A stretch of DNA of 64,000 nt from Lama guanicoe. Lineage: Eukaryota. A program made the position numbers and the translations under genes. Positions 1-12,012 of this stretch are shown piece after piece. The stretch's first letter is position 1. Every line of letters begins with the position of its first letter. Where the stretch lies: positions 3,504,071-3,568,070 of the forward strand of contig MU053810.1 of assembly GCA_013239625.1 (NCBI GenBank), in the 5' to 3' direction. The notes beneath the pieces are model-generated. The model was not told the origin of the DNA. It did not search any database and saw only the letters and a program-made list of their open reading frames with translations.

Positions 1-818
1 TGACACCCCCGGGCCGCCCTTCCGCAGTCGGTGACTTCGGCCTGGCTCCCCAAGGTGGGGGAGGAGGTGTGGGGACCAAGACTCCCCGCCAAGCGGCTCG
101 TCAGCAGGCAGAGCGGCAGGGCGATGCAGGAGAGCAGCAGAGGAAGATGCTAAACACCAGTGCTGTATTTACACTGGCTTTTTCTTTGCCAAAAAGATCC
201 CGTGTGTCTAAGAACATTGCCTTTAAAGGAAAAAAAAAAAAACCTAAGCACTAAAACGCTGCCCAAAGCTCTCCGATCTCCAATATTCTCACCACCGTCC
301 CCGTGCGGGGAGCTTCCGGACGCTCCCAGCCTCGGACAGGTACACCTGCCAGACCGCGGAGGACCAGGCCGCCCCTGCCGCCCCCTCAGAGGAAGCGATC
401 GCCAGGAATCTGACCCCAACAGCCCCTGCCGAGGGTGACAGCCCAGGCGGAGTCGTGCCCTGCAAAAACTTCCCAGTTCCCGGGCTTTGGGGACAGATCC
501 GCCGCGAGCAGACGGACGGACTGGGGCCGACACTGGTACGGCCGCAAGGCTCAAACGGCAGATGGGACCCCTCCTCCTGCATCCAGCCCTAGGTCCAAGG
601 GAGTCCAAGTGGCACCCGGTGGCGCCGAGGGGTTGGAGCGCGGCGCGAGTCCGGGGGCACCGACGAGCCGCGGCGAGCGGGCAGCCCGGGAGGGCGAGCA
701 GGCAGAGGGCCCGGGGCCCCGCTCAGGCTCCCCGCCCCGCAGCAGCTGCAGCAGGAGGAGGAGGGGAGCGAGGAGGAAGAGGAGGAAAGGGACTGCGCGC
801 CGCAGCCGGAGCCCTTAC

Positions 819-962
819 CGAGTGGTTTACTCCCCACATCAGGACGCTGAGCAGCGGATCGCTGGCCCGAAAGAGCTTCACTTTCTGCGCTACGAAGTGT
901 TTCTTCTTGGTCTTGGTCTTGCTCGCCAGGACAGAGGACCCCAGGTTGCCGGGGGTCGCCAT
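819..962 (-). CDS. PIP4K2A: Phosphatidylinositol 5-phosphate 4-kinase type-2 alpha, coding exon 1 (48 codons); rest of gene lies left of the window
   Basis: Translates [48 protein letters not shown], the PIP4K2A N-terminus. Strong Kozak GCGGCC-ATG-G at 962; ends at phase-0 donor TCG|GTAAGG (GT at 818-817). Confidence 0.97.
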
Positions 963-1019
963 GGCCGCCGCCTCTGTCCCCTCCACCGCCGCGCTCCCGA
1001 GGCCGGGGACCCGCCCTCT

Positions 1020-1049
1020 CTACACGCCGGCCCGGGGAGGCAGCCGCAT
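1020..1049 (-). other. Upstream ORF (MRLPPRAGV*) in the putative PIP4K2A 5' UTR
   Basis: ATG at 1049 in GGGG-ATG-C context, TAG at 1022-1020; same frame as the main ATG (87 nt upstream). Confidence 0.6.
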
Positions 1050-3414
1050 CCCCCTCGGCGGCGGCGCCGGCGCGCCGTGCCCCGCTCCGCCCGCCAACGT
1101 ATTCGCTCCGCTCCGCCCGCTGTGCCGGGTCGGCCCGGCTGGCGAGAGAGGCTGCGCTTGGTTCGCGATCCGGCCCGGACCCCGCGCCCGCCGCGGCTCG
1201 GCGCTCAGCCCGCGGCTGGACCAGGCGCGCCGCGAGCGGCTTCCGCGTTGGGCGCCGGCGTCTTGACGCAGGGGGCGGGCGGGCAGCAGCTGCGGCGCCG
1301 CCAGGCGGGGCGCGGGGTGTGGCCGCGGGACCGTTAAGCTGCGCCCTCGCGCTCCGGCTCCGGCTCCGCGGCGGCGGCCCGGCCGCCCCCGGGGCGCAGG
1401 CAACTTTGGGGCGGCCGCTCCCGGCCGGTGAGGAGGCCGCGGGGTGGGCGTGCGGCTCGGGGAGTGGGAGCGCTCCCGCGAGGCGTCCGCTTCTGCTGCC
1501 CAGGAGAAAAGAGTGAAGGATGGGGAGAGCGGGGAGGTCAGAGCAGAGGGGGCCCCAGAGGCGGTGGTCAGGCGAAGGATGGAGGCTCATGGCACCGCCG
1601 CTTACCGGTGCCACGGGAGCTAGTGAGACCTGAAAAGCTGCGTGGAGACCAGGGCTTCCCCAGCACCGAGGGAAAAGACCTGAGCACATCGTTGGCCACC
1701 CCTCAAAGTGGCCCTGCGGTGAACTTTAACCTCGTTGTGCCTTTTGGGCCCTGAACTTGGGCCTTCCCCCACGCATGCAGAAGGGAGACTCCCACCTCCA
1801 CTAACGCCCTCCAGAGACAGGACCCTGGATTCCTCCTCTAGAGTCCTTGGTTTAGCCAGGAGAATCACGCCCCGAACTGCACGTTCTTCGCCAAATCCTC
1901 CGTGATGTTTCTTGGATCCCTTCGTTTTAGCCATCCCACTGACCTTTCGCGGAAATCTGTTCAGTTGTCTTCATCCATGTACACCTAATTTAGCCCTTAA
2001 CGCTGGGAACACCTGACCCATCTCAGGAAGCTGCCATTCTAGGGATGTCGAAAAACGTGCTGTCCCTATGCCTTCTCCCCTAATCAGCATCCTGCCCTGC
2101 GCACTTAACCTACTCAGCCCACTGGGCAAGTCATTATCTACCCGTCACCATCATTACTCCTCTCAAATACAGTGGTTACCTACTGTGTGCTTGGTAATCT
2201 GCGTGGTTCTGTCAGGGAGGGAAAGGATGACAGACCCTTATCCCTTAAGGAGCTTGAAGAGTCTTGCGGGGTGGGAAGTGACAAGTCATGTGATCACCTT
2301 CATTTGCACCTTTTTTCTTTGACTGTTCTTTGAACATAAGGGTTGCCCCCAAAATCCTCTTACCATTTCTCTTTTGCTTCATTCTATTGTCCAAAGTGTT
2401 ATCTGCTCCCCCAGCCTCAACTATCACCATTCTTAGTGGTTAAAAAAATAACCTAGATTTGTAGTGAGAAGACATGGGGTTGCCCAGTTCTCCCACTTAC
2501 ATGTTTGAATTAGTGAACCTCTCTGAGCCTCCAGTTCTTTGTGTTAACAACAGAATAATCGGACACAAATGTCACTTTAGGGACTACTCTGGGCCTGGTC
2601 ATTATAATCCTGCTCTACCTAATAGGATGTGTGTTAGAATCAAATTCAACAGCCGATGGTGGCTCTGAAAAGCCCTCTGTAAATCTTACAGCACTAGGTA
2701 GGTACAGGAGCAAATGCACAGTGCTTGCAGAGGACCCAGACACTCTCCCAAGTGCCTGGTTGAACATCTCTACATCGATTGCCCACTGGGACCTAAAAAG
2801 TAATTGTCAAAAACCAAGTTCAACATCTTCCTCCATCTCACGTGTTGGTTCTTTTTTCTATGATATTGGAAATGGCAATCATATCACTCAGTTACTCCAG
2901 CTCAAAGTTCATTTGTTTAACAAATTTTCATTGACCCAGGCTCAGACACTTAGAATCATCATCGATTATTGTCTCTCCTCACCACTCAATATAAACCCCT
3001 TTACCAGGTCCTGTCCTTGAAAACAGCTGTGCTCAAATAGTATGTCTTCCCTGGCGCTTTCACTGTCCTCCTAGTTGAAATTAATCCGTTCACCTCAGTG
3101 CTTCCATAGCGCTCTATTTGTTCCGTGACAGCTCTATTGGACTTAACTGTATATTAATAATGCAAGACAATGGGCTTGCTGTCAATACTTAAAAGCTGAA
3201 TTTAGTGATGACAAAGTGTTGAATGAGCCTACAGGAAGGGGAAATGGATACCTGTGGGCACTGTCAGGTGAGGTTTCACGTAAGAAGGCACCAAGGTATA
3301 AATGAGTGCACAGGTATCATCCCTGCCAGGGACAGGCAGGGGCGTTGTCAGGGAGATGAAAATCCACGTGGTATTTTCAAATAGAAAAGAGCCTTGTAGC
3401 TGTTTAGGACAGGA

Positions 3415-3650
3415 TTTCCCCCCAAACTTTATTAAGATAAAATTGGCATATAACATGGGGTAAGTTTAAGGTAAACAACTTGATGATTTGGTACACATAT
3501 ACACTGTGAAATGATTACCACCATAAATTTAGTTAACACCTACATCACTCATAATTACCATTTATCTGTGGGGCGGGGGTGTGGGTGTGTGATGAGAACA
3601 TTTAGGATTTACTCTCTCAGCAACCTTCAAGTTTGTAATACAGTAATGTT
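3415..3650 (-). mobile_element. L1 3'-end fragment (L1MA-like)
   Basis: tttattaagataaaattggcatataac...tttaggatttactctctcagcaaccttcaagtttgtaatacagta resembles an antisense L1MA 3' UTR. Confidence 0.7.
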
Positions 3651-5384
3651 AAGGGACAGAATTTTTGGTGGTTGAACTTGCTTTGAATGGCATTTAATAT
3701 AATGCTTTTCATGAATAGGTCATTAAGTGATTTTTGCCAATGACCTTTCACATTAATTTTGTACGCTGCAGAGGATGTGTGTGGTGCAGGAGTTCTTGAA
3801 TCACAAAAATGACCTCGGAAAGTACCTAATCCAGTTCTCAAATTACCTGCACTCGATCCAGAGAAATTTAAGTGATTTCCTGACTCGTTCGTTGGGGGGA
3901 CAATACGTTCTGCGAAGGCAGGGTCGGTGTTGTACCCACTCTGTATCCTCCAATGAACCGAACATACTCCCTTTCCCACAGCACCTCTGGCATAGTTTTG
4001 GTGAATAAATGAAAAGGAAATTTTCATCTTCACATTAAAGTTACATGTGAAGATTCCATGCCCAGAAAATGTGTGTGCAAAGTTCCATTTAGAAATATTT
4101 CATCGGGAAATTAGGTTAGGTTAGACATTATATTTAAACCTGAGGGTCAGATACTATGGAGGATTTAACCACCTCGCAATTGGATCAGTTTCCCTTTGGA
4201 GTTTGTGTGTTAATGAAACAATACGTGTGTCTTTGGTTCAGCACTTAATTCAGGCTGCTTGTGAAGTCAAGGGAGGAAGTACTCCAACCATCGGCATTCA
4301 ACAGCGGTCTCAACGAGGAGGGTGGGTGGAGAAGGGGAAGGAAGTTCCGCCTCCACATGGGCAAGTGGGCATGTCAATCAGGCAGAAGGTTGTTCCCAAC
4401 TCTTTGCATTCGGCCTGTTGGGGTGTCTGTCCGTCCAGGTGCCAAGGCCCAGAAATGCTCGAGCAGCCAAGTTCATCAAGAAGAAGGAAGGAAAATGTTG
4501 AGAAGATTGAAAGGCCCTGATACTGACTTGTTTCTACTTGTTGTTACTTTTTTTTTTACGTTCTTTTACTGTAACCAGGTTTATTTAGTCTCTTAGAAGA
4601 GTGTGGTGAAAGTGTTTATGACCACTTAAATATGCAGTACCAGAAATGGAGGCTGAAATAGGGTGAATGCTCTGATTTTTTAATTTTATTACCTTTTTCA
4701 TCAAAAAAATACTTTCTCAGTTGAATCATTCCAATTAGAATTCTTCCTCAAGTAAAGGAACTCAGTGACTTCTTTAGTGCTATTTGGAAGCTTTTAAGCT
4801 TTTCATTGCTTTATGAAGATGTGAGACAGTGTCATTCAGTCTCCTGTAGTGTCATCCAGAGCCTTGCCATCCAGAATGGTATTATTTTGGACAACCATTA
4901 TTAAAGTGCATACAGTCGAACCCAGCCAAAATGTAATAAATAGGATCCAAGAATTCAGTTGTGACATGTGAGTTACTTTGGGGCGGGGCAGGGTGTTGAC
5001 ATGATGCAGCACTGCTTGCCGTCGGGAGTTCTGAGGGTCTAGCGGTGCTGTCCGAACCCCTCCAGGCCTGGCTGTGGTTTGGCACCAGCTGGAAGGGGTT
5101 GTCCACTCAGCTGAAATATTGATGGTGATTCCTCTGGCTTCTGCAGCTGGTTGGGACTTCCAGGACAGTGGCAGCAATTCCAGGAATCTTCCACTTGGCT
5201 GGCAGCTATTTTGTTGGCCTGACTTGGGGAGACTGGACTGGGGCAAGACAGGATATAAAGAAGCCAACACATAGGATGTCCGTTTCTCAGCCTGCCTCGC
5301 CCTACGCCGCAACTCCCCAAGCAAAGGAGGAGAACTTCAGTCACCCCCTTGGAAGACAGGAGTCAATCTCAAATGGCATTTTAC

Positions 5385-5960
5385 CTTTTTTTTTAAACTT
5401 TTTTTTTGAGTTATAGTTATTTTACAATGTTGTGTCAAATTCCAGTGTAGTGCACAATTTCTCATTTGTACATGAACATACGTATATTCATTGTCACATT
5501 TTTTTCACTATGAGCTACCACAAGATCTTGTATATAGTTCCCTTTGCTATACAGTATAATCTCGTTTATCTGTTCTACATTTTGAAATCCCAGTCTGTCC
5601 ATTCCCACCCCCTGCCCCCTTGGCAACCACAAGTTTGTATTCTATGTCTATGAGTCCGTTTCTCTTTTGCATTTATGTTTTTTGGTTTTTTTAGATTCCA
5701 TATATGAGCAATCTCATATGGTATTTTTCCCTCTCTTTCTGGCTTACTTCACTTAGAATGACCTTCTCCAGGAACATCCATGTTGCTGCAAATGGCATTA
5801 TGTTGTCGGTTTTTATGGCTGAGTAGTATTCCATTGTATAAATATACCACATCTTCTTTATCCAGTCATCCATTGATGGACATTAGGCTATTTCCATGTC
5901 TTGGCTATTGTAAATAGTGCTGCTATGAACATTGGGGTGCAGGTGTCATTTTGAAGTAGG
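5385..5960 (-). mobile_element. 5'-truncated young L1 (ORF2 C-terminus, 3' UTR, poly-A)
   Basis: Minus-strand peptides PMFIAALFTIAKTWK and DWIKKMWYIYTMEYYSAIK...LSEVSQ match the L1 ORF2 C-terminus; T-rich tail at ~5386-5407. Confidence 0.92.
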
Positions 5961-8157
5961 GGGCATTGAATCTTTATTATGTATGCCTTTATAATAATAA
6001 TTTCCAACATTGGGAGAGCAATGAAATGAATTACAAAAGGTCCACGTGGCAGACTATAAAGCCACCAATAAAAATGGTAATGTAAGGACATAAAATAATC
6101 ATGATATTAATATAAGTGAAAAAGTAGGAGAAGAAAATTGTGTATAGGTATGGTTTTAAGATCAGCATAAAATGTGTATGTGTATGTATATGTGTAAGAC
6201 ACTATAAACGTCATACTGTTAACATATATATGTATATATACATATGTAATATGTGAGGAGTATAGTTTGGATGATTTTAAATACATTTCCACATTTTCCA
6301 AATTTTCTAAAATTCATGTGTCATTTTCATAATAATTTCTAAGGACACAACCATCTTCCCTCATTAAATAAATAACACAGCTTTGGCATTTAACATAATA
6401 GCCCAATTTCTATAAGAGAACAGCTTTCTAACTTACTCCTTGCTATAACTCCAGCTTTAACTTACTCCTTTATTACAGCTATTGTTAAAATAGGTCTTAG
6501 TAGAACAGGCCGCTTTTCTACATGTGGGGGGGAGGGAAGTTCCCCTGAGTTCACACAGAGCCCTGAAGAGACAGGAAGGCTAAAATAAGAGGAAAATAGA
6601 AAAGTGTTGTTTTTATCTCTTAAATATCATATTCCCAATGCATAGGGCCTATGATTTTTTATTTTTTCTAGAAAAAGTTTGAAATCAGAAAAAAAAAAGA
6701 CTGACTCTAAAGGAAAACTGAAAAATTAATATTCTAATCAACATTTTATTAACTGTGTACAACAAATAACATAATACTACTAAGTTTGTTAGATTTAATG
6801 TAAAAAAATGTCATGACACAAGCTGTTCGTGAGTTAGGCTTTGTGTTACAAGTATACAGAATGATTGATTAAAAAGATAATAAAAAGCCCCCAAAAATTA
6901 AATGTCAGATAGCCAAAATTTCCAAGAGCAAAATTATAAACATCTTTTCTAATATATGTTACAGTAACAGTATTGTATTAAATGTGGGATATGAATTCAT
7001 GTTAGTAGGTTTGATACAATGAAGGTGGAGCTTCCAAAAATAAGAATGCCCAGCACTTACATTCTGGGAGGAGGGGAGGTATCATCCAAGCTGTACCCCT
7101 CATATATTTTATATATATATATATATATATTCTTGTTGATCAACAATGTTCATATAAATTTCCACCCCCCCAAAAGAAAACAAAAACAAAAACAAAAAAC
7201 AATGTTGATACAAATTGGTCCATACAAAGCTTCAGAAGTCATAGCTACATGAAAAGACCAGAAGAATTAGAAGATTTTAGCCTGAACTTCTTGTTGTGGC
7301 TCAAGGAAAATTCCATGCTGTCCAGGTGCAGGACGCAAGGGGACCCCAGCTGTGGGGAGGCTGGCAAGGATCCTACTAGGAAGATAGGAAGCCCCACAGG
7401 CTCCCTGTGAATTTGCCCCAAACCCTAACAGCTGCAGTGTAAGTTAGGTCTGACTGTTGTTAAGGTGCTTGGTTATTTTCCTCAGTTATTTATTTTGTTA
7501 TTGACACTTCAGAAAAATGCATTCACGCAACTACTGTTTATTGATTGATTTCACCTACTATGGGCCACGGAACAGTGTAGCTACCATGTATGGTTTCTTT
7601 CATCATAGAGTTTACAGTCCAAGAGGGCAGGGTAGAAGCTGGTAAACAGATAATCCTATAATTACAGATTGCGATAAGGGCTGTGAAGGCAATAAAACCA
7701 GCACATTAATAGAAAATACGCAGCGTGTCAAGAAAAACCTCTCCAAGGAAGAGATACATCAGCCTGAAAGCTGAGGGGCAGCCAGCCACATGGTGAGTAG
7801 GGTGGAGACGGGCCACCCAGGCGAGAACTCCTGTTCTAGATCAAGAAGGAGGCTTAGATTGGCAAGGGGGGCAGGGGGCAGCACCCAGACCCTGGCAAGG
7901 ATTCAAATTTCATTCAAAGTGCGGCAGGAGCCCTTGGGAAGCTGAGGATTTGGTTAGAGAAAGATCTCATGCCTCCGATGTACTGAAGGAGCATAAAGGT
8001 CAAAGTGAAGAGACAAGGTAACCATTACAGGAATTCAGGTGAGAGATAATGGGGCTTGGACTCCCAACTTAACAAGAAAGATAAGGGCCAAGTGGACAAA
8101 CTCACATAGGAGGGGCCGTGGTGTTTTCACACGGATGGGTGGGGAGAAAGTGCCGAC

Positions 8158-8227
8158 ATGGGGATGGAACCCAGGACCCCGTGCATCCTAAGCATGTGCT
8201 CTGCCACTTGAGCTATACCCTCCCCCC
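8158..8227 (-). mobile_element. tRNA-derived SINE fragment (camelid Vic-1-like)
   Basis: Reverse complement GGGGGAGGGTATAGCTCAAGTGGCAGAGCACATGCTTAGG...CCTGGGTTCCATCCCC with A and B boxes. Confidence 0.8.
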
Positions 8228-8899
8228 AGCCCCCACCCCCGACATGGCCTCAGTTTTAAAGAAGCACGTAGGGGAAGACCTCAGTCACTGCTTCAGTTGC
8301 CCTTCTTAACATCCCTGCAACCAAGGGGCACCCCGATTTAAGTGCCTACTGCTCTTCATGAAAAGGCACCTGAAGAGAAATCTCCCCTAAAATCTGTATT
8401 AATGGAAGTTCAAACTCTCACATACAGTATACGCTATACCGCTGGGAAGCTAAAGAAAGCCTAGAGAAATGGTTGATGTGTAAATGTGAAACATCCGAAG
8501 AAATGTACCCTGAGGTCAGCACAAGGAAAAGGATCACAGCCGTCTTGGCGCTGCTGCTTCCCACAGTCAGAGATGGGTGGTTCCCAAACGGAGGACACAC
8601 ACCTTCCTATCCTGATGGTACCCGGGGTCTGAGGAGGGCTTAACCCTGTGCAGGTCTAATCCCTCCCCCAGGCGGGAAGAACTGAAGTGGAAAAGAGGAA
8701 CAAGGGGTTCCCGAGAGAACCCCAGGCCTGCCCAGGCTGTTCCCACTTCCTCCTTACCACTCTCAGTTCCTGGATGTACAAACAACAGTGAGATGCCACT
8801 GCACGTCTATTAGACTGGCCTGAGTCCGGAACACTGACAGCTCCAAATGCTGGCGAGAATGTGGAGCAACGGGAATTCAACCCATCAATGGATCAATCG

Positions 8900-9554
8900 A
8901 TCAATAAAATAGACCAGTTATAACCATATACTCTATGGCCTCTCTCTCAAAATATTGTACAAATACAATGCCTTTTCGATCTTAACTAGGCACTTATCAC
9001 CCACTGTGTCCTTACCTTTTGCAGTCTGAGGAGCAACAGCAAAACTAGTGCCAGTTTCCTTTTTCTTCTTCACAATTTCAGGGATAGATTTGCCCTTACC
9101 GCAGATTGTCACAACCTCAGCATATGATTTTTTTCTTTCTTTCTTTATTAAGTGAAGAACTTTCACCTTGTCACTTACAGGAAGCACTTTATAGCTTCTC
9201 TTTGGCATCATCCGAATTGCCAGCATCACGACTCTTGCCTTTTGGGGCTGTCATTAAGTGAAATAGGGGTCACTTGCACACAAGCACTGCCATCAGGCAA
9301 CAGTCAGTATGATAACCAGGATGGCTACCAAGTGATTTACGGGCGGGATCTGCTGGACAAATAGATGATTCATGACCCGAGCTGGACAGAGTGGGAAGAC
9401 GCAAGATTTATCATGATACTCAGAAGGGTGCACAATTTAAAACATATGAATTTTTTATTTCTGGAACTTTCCATTTAATAATTTTGTACCCAGTTGACCA
9501 CAGGTAATTGAAAACATGGAAAGCAAAACTGAGGATAAGGGGGAGGGACTCCTG
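8900..9554 (-). mobile_element. Tigger7/MER44-type TcMar DNA transposon derivative
   Basis: Peptide MPKRSYKVLPVSDKVKVLHLIKKERKKSYAEV...FAVAPQTAK resembles the Tigger transposase N-terminal HTH; right end ggataagggggagggactcctg matches a MER44-type TIR. Confidence 0.85.
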
Positions 9555-10448
9555 CAAATGAGAATCAACCTTCCATACTGTTTTATGACTTGCTTCCTTT
9601 CTACTTAACACGATGCCTCGGAGATGCTTCCCTATTTTAGTAGCAAGGACTGATCACATTATCACTCACCTCCTGTATACAAAACTGTCATTTTCTTAAT
9701 CCATCCTGTACTTCATTTAGCTTTTAGTTCTTAGTTTAGCCAAACAGCAGAGAACTTGACTGAGTCCCTTCTAGACAAACACAGTCAATTCTGGGTTTTC
9801 CTCAGTCTCTATTAGATCCTCAGTGACCGTCAATTTCCCTTTCGCTAGGGGTGACCTAGGATGCGGATGGGAGGCTTATCTGTTGTGGCCTGGGGCTGGA
9901 GACCAGGATGGATTGCAGGCGTTCCCTCCTCCTGGGATCCGCCAAGATGACCTCCATCACACCATGGTCTCTTCTACTCAGGGACCTGTGGTCTAGAAAC
10001 TTCCCACCTAACTCCATTTCCCTTCCCATCTGCCCTTTCCCCCTCAGATGCTTCAGCCTCCTTGAGAAGATCCCTGGGGCTCCGGGCCGCCCAGCCCTTC
10101 CACCTGGAACCTCAGTCAGTCAGCACTGCTCCAAGCCCTGGTCCCTTCCTGGCTGTTCTCTGGCTTTCAGCCTCCTGGGACACACCCAGTAATCAAGCCC
10201 CAGAGCCTCTCTGACCTGGGGCTCCTGACCCACCCAGGGGCCAAGCCTTCTGCTCCTACTCTGAGAAAATCTCCTGGCTGCACCGAAAGTGTTTTTGTTT
10301 TTTTCCCCCATCTCCTAAGAGGCATATGGTCATTACAATCTGTTACTTAAGGATGAACTTTATGCTCAAATCCTTTGGATGTTTGGCTGTTAGTTACACA
10401 AAAACATTCTTACTTTTTTTTTTATTATTTTTAAAAGTTTAGCTCTTG

Positions 10449-10590
10449 GCAGGGAGGGTAGAGCTCAGTGGTAGAGATTATGCTTAGCATGCACAAGGTC
10501 CTGGGTTCAATCCCCAGCACCTCCATTAAAGTAACTAACTAAATAAATAAACCTAATTACCCCACCACCCACCAAAAACAAAAACTAAAA
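10449..10590 (+). mobile_element. tRNA-derived SINE (camelid Vic-1-like) with TSD
   Basis: GGGAGGGTAGAGCTCAGTGGTAGAG...GGTTCAATCCCCAG...AAATAAACCTAATTACC; flanked by aaaagtttagctcttg / aaaattcagctcttg. Confidence 0.9.
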
Positions 10591-11270
10591 TTCAGCTCTT
10601 GCAAGCAAACACTTTGGCTCTCAAGACTACTACCTTTGCTATGGGTTTCAAGTACCTACTTTGGAAGGAAAAGCCGAGAAATTTGGCTTTATATTTTCTG
10701 CTCTTTGGCCTTTTTCTGTGCCATTAAACACCAGCATTGTCCCTGCCCAGATATAGATCAAACAGAGATAACCGTGGCTCCCCCTGTAGACACGTTATTG
10801 TGAGGATTAGTATAATAAGTGCACACAAAGCACTTTCCACATGCTTGGCACAGAGTAAGTGCCCAATAAATGTTATCATTATTATTCATTCACTTAGCAA
10901 ATATTATCTTGAGCATCTACTACGTGCCAGACCCTGTTGTAAGCCCTGGGATAGAGAATAACACAAGATTAAAATACCTGTCCTCATAGAGTGTTCAGAG
11001 TAGAAAAATATAGAATATGTTCTATGGGGAAAATAACTAAGGAGAAACAAGAAAAGCTATGGGTTTATGATGCAAAACATTCTCCTACTACATGAGTCTC
11101 CTGAGAAGAACGTCATTTTCTAACCTCTATTCTTCTGGTTGCAAGATTTACAGACATTTTAAACTAGTTTTAGAAAAATGAGGGAAACTGCTGGTTCACT
11201 GAAGTGGAAGATTCAGGCATAGCTGGATGTGGAGACTGAATGTTTGCTTCAAAGATCAGTGTTTGTCAGC

Positions 11271-11273
<3 letters not shown>

Positions 11274-11301
<28 letters not shown>
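11274..11301. repeat. (TG)n microsatellite
   Basis: Direct dinucleotide run. Confidence 0.95.
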
Positions 11302-11302
<1 letters not shown>

Positions 11303-11381
11303 TGGTTTCATTTCACCAATAGGTTTTCTTCATGTGCTAGACAAGATGGCCTCCCATTGTGCCCAGAAAGAAGAAGGGGCT

Positions 11382-12012
11382 TGTATTAGTCAGAATTCTC
11401 TAGGGAAATAGAGAAACAGGCTAGGTATAGATAGACACAGACATAGACATAGATATAGACACAACCATAGATAGAAACATATGGACATAGACACAGACAT
11501 AGATACAGACACAGACATAGACAGAGACACATAGACATACAGACATAGACATACACATACACATAGATATACACATAGATGTGGATATACAGAAAGAGGT
11601 CTATTATGAGAGATTGGCTTATGAGATTCTGGAGGCTGAGAAGTCCCATGACTGGCCCAGGAAAGTTGGGGGCATAGTTCTAATCTATACTTGAAGGCCT
11701 AAGAATGAAAGGGCCAATGGTGTAAGTCCCAGTATGAGTCCAAAAGCCCCCAAATTAGGAACAATGATGTCCAAAGGCAGGAGAAGATGGTTGTCAGAGC
11801 TCAAGCAGAGAGCAGATCTGTCCTTCCTCCCTCTTTTTGTTCTGTTCAGACCCTCAGTGGATGGGACGATGCCCACACACATCTTTACTCAGTCCATCAA
11901 TTTCAACGTTACTCTCTTCCACAAACGCTTTCAGACGCACATAGAAATCACGTTTTATTGGCTCTCTGGGCATCCCTTAGCCCAGTCAAGTTGACACAGA
12001 AAATGAACTACC
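11382..12012 (-). mobile_element. MLT2-type (ERVL) solo LTR containing a degenerate (ACATAG)n tract at ~11427-11590
   Basis: Starts tgtattagtcag, carries gagattggctt...ggaggctgagaagtccca, ends cccagtcaagttgacaca..aactacca. Confidence 0.85.

Larger units (their letters stand above)
280..1660. promoter_or_regulatory. PIP4K2A: CpG island / TATA-less promoter and 5' UTR of PIP4K2A
   Basis: Very GC- and CpG-rich, with several GC boxes (GGGCGG) around 1270-1320; spans exon 1. Long ORFs here are GC artefacts. Confidence 0.9.

Noticed and set aside
435..1689. Long ORFs of 259-366 aa on both strands
   Set aside because: Low-complexity Arg/Gly/Pro/Ala products caused by stop-codon scarcity in the CpG island; only 819-962 matches a real protein.
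4203..5344. ORFs of 100-162 aa upstream of the promoter
   Set aside because: No recognisable homology, exon structure or retrocopy hallmarks.
8933..9229. Domesticated TIGD/CENPB-like gene
   Set aside because: Only an N-terminal fragment inside a ~650-bp MER44-type element; no DDE domain.
10449..10525. tRNA-like sequences with A and B boxes (also 8158, 20626, 30950, 49878)
   Set aside because: Diverged, carry SINE tails and TSDs, and lack an intact acceptor stem; these are SINEs, not tRNA genes.
11427..11590. Periodic repeat resembling an array
   Set aside because: Degenerate hexamer microsatellite inside an MLT2 LTR; no repeat-spacer structure, so not CRISPR.
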